Below are positions 21,060-26,830 of a stretch of DNA of 26,830 bases, in pieces. The DNA lies in NCBI GenBank assembly GCA_963803975.1, contig CAWDOY010000044.1, forward strand, positions 1 to 26,830. Reading direction: 5' to 3'. The notes beneath the pieces are model-generated. The model worked only from the letters and a program-made list of their open reading frames with translations, ran no database searches and had not been told where the DNA came from. The position numbers and the translations under genes were made by a program. How positions within the stretch are numbered: position 1 is the stretch's first letter; the number at the start of each line of letters is the position of its first letter. The DNA is from an uncultured delta proteobacterium (GTDB lineage Bacteria; Desulfobacterota; WTBG01; CAIYCZ01).

Positions 21060-21530
21060 ATGCTTGAAATAAATGTCCCTGGCTTTGGAATAATAAGGCT
21101 TGAACATCTGGTGTGTGATTTCACCGGGACCCTCTCTGTAGATGGCAGGCTGCTGCCCGGCGTGAAAGAGAAAATCGAGAGGCTCGCGCAACATGTTACG
21201 GTGCACGTTGTCACTGCCGACACCTGCGGGACCGCCAGAGATGAGCTGCAGAATATGCCGTGCAGCATTACCGTGCTTTCCGCTGCCGACCACGATATCC
21301 AGAAAGAGGAGTATGTAAAAAAGCTCGGTGCCGACCACGTGGTTGCCGTGGGCAACGGCAACAATGACCGGAGAATGCTGCGTGCGGCCCGTCTGGGGAT
21401 AGCGGTGATAGAAGGGGAGGGTGCTTCAGCACAGGCAATGATGGCTGCCGCGATAGTAACGAGAAACATTGCTGATGCGTTCAACCTGCTGCTCAACCCG
21501 ACGCGGTGCAAGGCGACGCTTAGGTTTTGA
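21060..21530 (+). CDS. HAD-superfamily hydrolase, soluble P-type ATPase-like
   Basis: Motifs DFTGTLSVDG, TADT, QKEEYV and VGNGNND; AAGGAGG RBS before ATG 21060. Confidence 0.9.
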   Translation: MLEINVPGFGIIRLEHLVCDFTGTLSVDGRLLPGVKEKIERLAQHVTVHVVTADTCGTARDELQNMPCSITVLSAADHDIQKEEYVKKLGADHVVAVGNGNNDRRMLRAARLGIAVIEGEGASAQAMMAAAIVTRNIADAFNLLLNPTRCKATLRF

Positions 21531-21663
21531 AAGGTAAAAAGGTCAATCGGTGAATGGGTGAGTCGGTGAAGAGGTAATTGAAGTGATTGGCATAAAAACC
21601 CTACAAATCCAGAACTCCTGAACTTTGCAAATCATGTCAGTGAATGGGTTAATCGGTAAATCG
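21531..21663 (+). repeat. Intergenic degenerate 8-mer tandem arrays
   Basis: aaggtaaa aaggtcaa tcggtgaa tgggtgag tcggtgaa gaggtaat; then ctacaaat ccagaact cctgaact ttgcaaat; then cagtgaat gggttaat cggtaaat. Confidence 0.75.
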
Positions 21664-21733
21664 CTCTGTTACTATTGTCTATATGCCGAAACAGCTCAAA
21701 AAGTGTATACACGGTGGTACAAAAGGAATAGCT

Positions 21734-22765
21734 ATGAACACGACGCTTAAAACTACGCAGCTTGACAAGCTCTGGAAGCGCGGCCAGGAACTCCTGGGAG
21801 TACGGTTTCCCATCATGTGCGGCGCCATGACCTGGGTCAGTGAGCCAAACCTTGTCTCGAAGGTCTGCAATGCCGGAGCGTTTGCCAGCCTTGCCTGCGG
21901 CAACATGGCTGGCGTTGAGCTGGAGCGGCAGATCCAGTCGACGCGCAATCTCACCGACAAGCCCTTTGCCGTCAATCTCATAACCGTTGCCCCCAACTAC
22001 AAAATGCACCTTGATGTGTGCGTAGAGGCCAATCTGCCGGTCATCATCTTTGCGGGCAGCCTGCCGCGCGACCAGGAGATAGACAGGGCCAAGGCATCGG
22101 GAGCCAGGGTGCTCGTTTTCGCCTCTACCGATGCGCTGGCAAAGCGCATGATCAACCACGGCGTTGACGGTCTCATTCTGGAGGGCATGGAGGCGGGCGG
22201 GCACATCGGCCCGGTGGCAGGCCCGATCCTGTGGCAGCAAATACTTTTTGAATACAGCGAAACAGTGCCCATTTTCATCGCCGGGGGCATCGCCCGGGGC
22301 AAGATGATGGCCCACCTCATTCTGATGGGCGCCGCGGGCATTCAGCTTGGCACTCGCTTCATCATGACCACCGAATGCGTGGTGCACGACAATTTCAAGG
22401 CCGCGTTCCAGAAAGCGCAGGCTCGCGATGCCCTGGCCACGCCGCAGTTCGACTCGCGCCTGCCGGTCATACCTGTGCGGGCTCTGAAAAATAAGGGGAC
22501 CATAGAGTTCAGCAAGCTGCAGCTGGAGATACTGAACGATCTTGACGAGGGCACCATCGACCGCGAAACCGCTCAGCGCAAAGTCGAGGAGTTCTGGATA
22601 GGCGGCCTCTACCGCGCTGCCATTCAAGGAGATGTGGAGAGCGGCTCGCTCATGGCTGGCCAGGCCGTGGGCCTTGCAGACGAAATCAAATCGGTGAATG
22701 AGGTGATCGGCGAGCTGGTCTGCGCTGCCGAGCAGGAGCTCCAGCTTATCATGAAAAAGCTCTGA
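21734..22765 (+). CDS. Nitronate monooxygenase / enoyl-ACP reductase FabK family flavoprotein
   Basis: Motifs TDKPFAVN, EGMEAGGHIG, AGGIA, GIQLGTRF and GSLMAGQAVG; AAGGA RBS before ATG 21734. Confidence 0.88.
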   Translation: MNTTLKTTQLDKLWKRGQELLGVRFPIMCGAMTWVSEPNLVSKVCNAGAFASLACGNMAGVELERQIQSTRNLTDKPFAVNLITVAPNYKMHLDVCVEANLPVIIFAGSLPRDQEIDRAKASGARVLVFASTDALAKRMINHGVDGLILEGMEAGGHIGPVAGPILWQQILFEYSETVPIFIAGGIARGKMMAHLILMGAAGIQLGTRFIMTTECVVHDNFKAAFQKAQARDALATPQFDSRLPVIPVRALKNKGTIEFSKLQLEILNDLDEGTIDRETAQRKVEEFWIGGLYRAAIQGDVESGSLMAGQAVGLADEIKSVNEVIGELVCAAEQELQLIMKKL

Positions 22766-22828
22766 TATGCTGAGTTAGAAGTAGAAAGCGTCAATTCTTT
22801 CTTAAAGAAACTGGAAGAAACCTATATG

Positions 22829-22913
22829 TTGTGGTGGGCATTAATCGCAAAAAAGTGAAGCTTATGTATCAGCAGCGAGAGAAGTGAGTCGACCAAAATT
22901 CATTGCACACTTC
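22829..22913. repeat. Diverged direct repeat, copy A (pairs with 24911-24994)
   Basis: Hand alignment gives about 60/85 identities with one gap. Confidence 0.8.
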
Positions 22914-22925
22914 TTTTGCAAAGCG

Positions 22926-23215
22926 TCACTGGCAGTCAAAAAAAATCATAGCAGAAGTAGTGACTTTTTGTGAATAATCAGCCGCATACAATTCTGCGGG
23001 CGGCGGCCGTTACCCCGTCTTCCACAGCCCGACATGCTGGAGTATTGCTTTGATGACCTCGGGCTGGTCTATGAAACTGATTACCTTCATTTCTCCTTTA
23101 CACTGGGGGCTGGTGAGCGGATCAACCTCATAGGTTCTCTGAATCAGCCGCGCCATGCCCTGCGCCGGGCCGGTGAAATGTCTTCGGGCTCAATGATGCA
23201 GGGGATTTCGTTATC
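22926..23215 (-). mobile_element. Decayed IS91-family (rolling-circle) transposase C-terminal fragment
   Basis: Manual translation: IPCIIEPEDISPARRRAW/(A)RLIQRTYEVDPLTSPQCKGEMKVISFIDQPEVIKAILQHVGLWKTG*RPPP. This matches the WARLI..YEVDPL.CP.C.G.M..I.FI....VI..IL.H.GLW...RPPP tail of IS91-like transposases. It has a frameshift near 23152, an in-frame stop at 23010-23012 and a Cys-to-Ser change. Confidence 0.85.
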
Positions 23216-23251
23216 CAAGAGCATTTGTTCAGATTTTAAAACAGCATGTTT

Positions 23252-24713
23252 CTAATCCCCTAAAACAGTAATGGGTGTTGCAAGAGTATATAGCGGGTCA
23301 TCTTCGTTGTCTCGGTAGGTCAGCTCAATATAAAACGCCGTATACCCCTGTTCCGGTCGTGTAACAGTTCCCGTGTATGAGCCATCTGCACCTGCTTCCA
23401 AGACGGTTGATGTCCACGGAATTCCTGCAATCTCACGAAAATCCCTTCCGGATGGATTAGTGGCAGTCCACAGTTTCACCTCAACAGGCTTTTGTTTGAC
23501 CGGCATTACTTTAAATACCCCGTCTGTCAAACCTTCCCAGGTAAAATCAGGCATGGGCTGATTCTTAATTAAACGGCGGTAAAAAGCCGTAATGGAACTC
23601 TGCACTTCCGGAATCTCACGAATGTCATGCCCATAATTGGGCATATACGAGATTCTTATATCTCCCGGCATGTCTCCGAGATAAAGGTTTGCACCGTCGG
23701 GGCATGAGTAATTGTCACCTGTTCCAACCAGAATCAGAGCAGGAGCCGTAAGACGATCGCGATATGCATAGGGATCTATATCTGCAATGAGCTGCGTTCC
23801 AATGTCTGATTTAAACCGATTATACAGGTCAAACTCTTCATTTGCATCCTGTTCAGGGCTGCGCGTGGGCCAGGAAACTTCTTGTAACAAAACCTGCTCA
23901 GATAGATTAAGCAGATCATAACTTACCGGAGCCACTCCTGTTATGCGGTTGTCAAGTGCAGCGGCAAGCCATGCAATATGCCCCCGCTTGGAATGCCCGG
24001 TGAGCACAAAATTATTGACCACCCGGCGACCCAGATATCGTTGCTGCAAAAATTCCTGCATTACATCCATGCTGCTGATAACCGCTTTTGTCATGGGCGC
24101 CATGAGCGTCCAGGTAAAATCTTCAGTGCTCAGTGCAAGATCAAATGCGCGTGCCTGAAGCGAGTCTTCCTCTCGCAGAACCTTGTTATCGTCATCATCT
24201 TTAAACGGATTCAGCTCATCCCACCAGTCTGTCTCCTTCTGTTCATCAAGGAATGCCACCGGGCCAATAGGTATTCCATGCAGCTCTGCAACAATGGAGC
24301 GGGTGTCCATTGCCAGCTGCACCGCCTGCGGTGACGCCTCGGATGGCCTATCTTCATGATCTGCATCCCCGCGCAAGAGATACAGGAGTGCTGTATCCGT
24401 TCTCACCAGAGAAAAGAATGGAAGGCGTTCTGTGTATTGACCAAGCAGGCGGGGCTCCACAATAACCAGCCAGTGCTCCCATTTTTTAGGCCGCACCTCG
24501 TCGGGATGCCATTGCTGCGATGTAAGATCAAGAATATAGGTTGTATAAAAAACATCATACCTGGTTTTGACAAGACTATATTCGAATTTGTCATCCATCG
24601 TTCTTACATACTGTTCCAGAACCGTTTCTTCAGCAAAACAGGGTGTTACAATTGATAAGAAAATAATGACATCGATAATGATACTGTTGTGTTATAGATA
24701 TTTTATTTTGCAT
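23252..24713 (-). CDS. PhoPQ-activated pathogenicity-related (PqaA) family secreted alpha/beta-hydrolase; frameshift in the signal peptide
   Basis: Motifs LTSQQW, WEHWL, REEDSL, PMTKAV, LTGHSKRG, DPYAYRDRLT, GTGDNY, PNYGH and VKLWTATNP..RDFR. The frame extends upstream to IIFLSIVTPCFA/EETVLEQYV; AAGGAG RBS precedes ATG 24713. Confidence 0.87.
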
Positions 24714-24827
24714 GCATTCTCCTTATGCTTAAATGTAATCGTTACAAATAAATTATGTCCTCATGATAATCCAGAAATAAAAAAAGCAGAATATAGTATT
24801 GATAGAAACTTTCTTTCGGATGAAAGA

Positions 24828-24856
24828 AGTATAGTGCTGGAGCGATTGTACGTCAA
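24828..24856 (-). promoter_or_regulatory. Near-consensus sigma70 promoter for the PqaA-like gene
   Basis: TTGACG (24856-24851), 17-nt spacer, TATACT (24833-24828). Confidence 0.7.
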
Positions 24857-24910
24857 TAAGGAATCCGTCGAAAGATATGGAGTGGGTTTGTCCGGACAAA
24901 AATCAACTTA

Positions 24911-24994
24911 TTGTGGTAGGTGTTAGTAGAAAAAACTGCAGCCTTTGTATCAGGTGTGATAGCGGTTAGTCAGTCGAAATGCAGTGAAAACTTC
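24911..24994. repeat. Diverged direct repeat, copy B (pairs with 22829-22913)
   Basis: Shared blocks ttgtggt, aaaaaa.tg.agc, tgtatcag, agtc, aaat.ca.tg and acttc occur in the same register. Confidence 0.8.
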
Positions 24995-25094
24995 ACTATT
25001 GGTAATCAGCCATTGTTCGATGGAGTAAATATCCTGTTTCAAAAATTGACAGTTCAAATCCAGGTTTTCACACTTATTGCCTATTACCTTTTTC

Positions 25095-25862
25095 CTATAT
25101 TAGACGGAAGAGCGTTTTTGCATTGTGCGTGGTGGCGCGTGCCACCTCTGCTAAAGGCAGGTTTTTAATTTCCGCTATTTTTTCTGCCACATACCTGACA
25201 TGGGCAGGCTCGTTTCTTTTCCCGCGGAACGGGTGGGGTGTGAGAAACGGGGCATCTGTTTCAATCAATATTCTATCAAGCGGCAGTTTTTTCACCACGT
25301 CGTGAAGCATTGCGGCATTTTTAAAAGTTATGGTGCCCGGTATGGAAATATAAAATCCCATATCCATACAGTCTGCGGCCATTTGGTAATCTCCCGAAAA
25401 GCAGTGTATCACGCCGCCGACCTCCCCGGACTGCTCCTCCTTCAGTATTCTGACTGTTTCTGCATGGGCATCGCGGTCATGAATAATAACCGGCAGCTTC
25501 AGTTCCCGGGCTATGGCGAGCTGTTCATGAAAGCAGCGGACCTGGTCCTGCTGCGGTGACCAGTTTTTAAAAAAATCAAGGCCCATCTCTCCCAGCGCTA
25601 CGACCTTTTTATTGCTAACACTCCCTTTTATAAAATCATAAAGACGGGCGGCATCTTTTTTAGCGTTGTGCGGGTGCAGCCCCAGGGCAGCATAAATAAA
25701 CGGATAAACGCGTGCAAGCTCAAGTGCCTGCTCGCACTCTTTCCTGCCGATGCCAATAGTAATAATTTTATCTATTCCCTGGTCAAGGGCACGTTTGATG
25801 ACGGCATCACGATCAGCATCATAGTCGGACATTTCAAGATGGGCGTGGGAATCGATTAACAT
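25095..25862 (-). CDS. tatD: TatD family deoxyribonuclease
   Basis: Motifs MLIDSHAHL, GLHPH, ALGEMGLDF, IIHDRDA, IHCFSG, IETDAPFL and RGKRNEP. Confidence 0.95.
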   Translation of the reverse strand: MLIDSHAHLEMSDYDADRDAVIKRALDQGIDKIITIGIGRKECEQALELARVYPFIYAALGLHPHNAKKDAARLYDFIKGSVSNKKVVALGEMGLDFFKNWSPQQDQVRCFHEQLAIARELKLPVIIHDRDAHAETVRILKEEQSGEVGGVIHCFSGDYQMAADCMDMGFYISIPGTITFKNAAMLHDVVKKLPLDRILIETDAPFLTPHPFRGKRNEPAHVRYVAEKIAEIKNLPLAEVARATTHNAKTLFRLI

Positions 25863-25867
25863 TATAA

Positions 25868-25915
25868 AAGGGTCCAAGGGGTCAAGGTTGCAAGGGTTCA
25901 AGTGCTGGAGTGTTT
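25868..25915. repeat. 8-mer tandem array at the 3' side of the four-helix-bundle gene
   Basis: Plus strand: aagggtcc aaggggtc aaggttgc aagggttc aagtgctg gagtgttt. Confidence 0.9.
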
Positions 25916-26269
25916 ATTTTCTAATGATTTAATAAGCGCCTTGAGCATTCGTTCAATGTCGCCGGTATCTTTTTCTGTCTGTTCTAAGACAGCTTTATTA
26001 ATATACCCGAGGTCTCCGGAAAGAAGAATTTGAGTTTCAAGTTCAGATAGAGAGCCATATGCGATATATAAAAACTGAAGATATTCTTTTATGGACTTTC
26101 TACCATACCCTTCGGCAATATTTGAAGGAATAGAAACCGCGGCTCTTCTAAGTTGAGATGATATGCCATATTTTTCATCAGAAGGAAAAGTTCTGGTTGT
26201 TTTATAAATATGTAGGCAGAGCTGGTAAGATTTTTGCCATACCTGCAATTCTTTATAACTTTTAAGCAT
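25898..26269 (-). CDS. Four helix bundle protein (23S rRNA IVS protein-like family)
   Basis: SYKELQVWQKS, FPSDEKYG..SQLRRAAVSIPSNIAEGYGR and FLYIAYGSLSELETQ; more AT-rich than its neighbours. Confidence 0.95.
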   Translation of the reverse strand: MLKSYKELQVWQKSYQLCLHIYKTTRTFPSDEKYGISSQLRRAAVSIPSNIAEGYGRKSIKEYLQFLYIAYGSLSELETQILLSGDLGYINKAVLEQTEKDTGDIERMLKALIKSLENKHSST

Positions 26270-26308
26270 AACCCTTGACCCCTGGGACCCTTGGAACCTG
26301 GGACCCTT
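26270..26308. repeat. 8-mer tandem array at the 5' side of the four-helix-bundle gene, inverted relative to 25868-25915
   Basis: Minus strand: aagggtcc caggttcc aagggtcc caggggtc aagggtt, then ATG. Confidence 0.9.
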
Positions 26309-26702
26309 ATGATTTAATAATTTTTATCCACACCTTTCTGTTTCTTGGTCCGTCAAACTCGCAGAAAAAAAGGGACTGCCAGGTACCAAGTTGCAGAACG
26401 CCACTCTCGATGATGACGGTTTGTGAACAGCCGAAAAAACTCGACTTGATGTGAGCGGCTGAATTGCCTTCACTGTGACGATAGCCGTCCTGCAGCGGGA
26501 TAATTTTATTCAATGCTGCCAGCATATCCTGGATAACGGAGGGGTCGGCATTTTCATTTATAGTTAAGGCCGCGGTGGTGTGAGGTACAAAGGCGATACA
26601 CATACCGCTGGTAACACCACTTTTGTGCACCATCTTTTGTACCTGATGGGTAATATCAATCAGCTCTATACGGCTGTGCGTTTTGACCTGCAGTTCTTCC
26701 AT
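26307..26702 (-). CDS. yjbQ: YjbQ/UPF0047 family protein (secondary thiamine-phosphate synthase)
   Basis: Motifs PHTTAALTINENADP, YRHSEGNSAAHIKS, LGTWQ and EFDGPR; GGAG RBS before ATG 26702. Confidence 0.93.
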   Translation of the reverse strand: MEELQVKTHSRIELIDITHQVQKMVHKSGVTSGMCIAFVPHTTAALTINENADPSVIQDMLAALNKIIPLQDGYRHSEGNSAAHIKSSFFGCSQTVIIESGVLQLGTWQSLFFCEFDGPRNRKVWIKIIKS

Positions 26703-26727
26703 GTATATCTCCGCAGATATATAATAA

Positions 26728-26766
26728 TTGTTAGCTGTAGGCTGATGGCTGTTTGCTGTTGCCTGA
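26728..26766 (-). repeat. Degenerate 7-mer tandem array upstream of yjbQ
   Basis: Minus strand: caacagc aaacagc catcagc ctacagc taacaat. Confidence 0.75.
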
Positions 26767-26830
26767 TCAGGCGGCGGGTTTTGTATTGGAGAATTGATGG
26801 GCAACTTTGTCAAGGATGCCGTTAATAAAT

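Noticed and set aside
21632..22627. Long antisense ORF (331 aa) and other overlapping ORFs such as 313-966, 2346-2957 and 14090-14719
   Set aside because: They overlap well-supported genes on the opposite strand and have no recognisable motifs.
23034..23255. Plus-strand 73 aa ORF as a real gene
   Set aside because: It is the antisense shadow of the IS91-like transposase fragment.
25863..25901. N-terminal extension of TatD (MNPCNLDPLDPFI), and likewise of YjbQ (26703-26813)
   Set aside because: These are translations of the repeat arrays; family-typical starts are at 25862 and 26702.
25898..26269. DGR accessory gene (avd) or a true 23S rRNA IVS
   Set aside because: No reverse transcriptase, TR/VR pair or rRNA sequence in the window.

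Overview
Bacterial chromosomal window of about 50% GC. Gene content and repeat style suggest a Desulfobacterota/deltaproteobacterium, but this is inference. Positions 1-15.2 kb form a minus-strand cell-envelope (lipid A/LPS) modification cluster: uppP, three N-terminally anchored calcineurin-like metallophosphoesterases, five ArnT/GT83-like glycosyltransferases (one cut by the window edge, one internally deleted), an LtaS-like sulfatase-fold enzyme, a stand-alone LAB_N protein, two GT2 polyprenol-phosphate glycosyltransferases and a GT9. Positions 15.4-22.8 kb are plus-strand genes: KimA-like APC permease, MFS transporter, second LtaS-like enzyme, soluble P-type ATPase-like HAD and FabK/nitronate monooxygenase family protein. 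Positions 22.8-25.0 kb hold a decayed IS91-like transposase 3' end and a PqaA-family hydrolase, bracketed by a diverged ~85-bp direct repeat. Positions 25.1-26.7 kb are yjbQ, a four-helix-bundle gene and tatD; the four-helix-bundle gene is enclosed by inverted 8-mer tandem arrays. Degenerate 7/8-mer arrays with the same strand polarity occur at six other gene junctions. About 13 single-base frameshifts, several in short homopolymers, look like long-read assembly errors.
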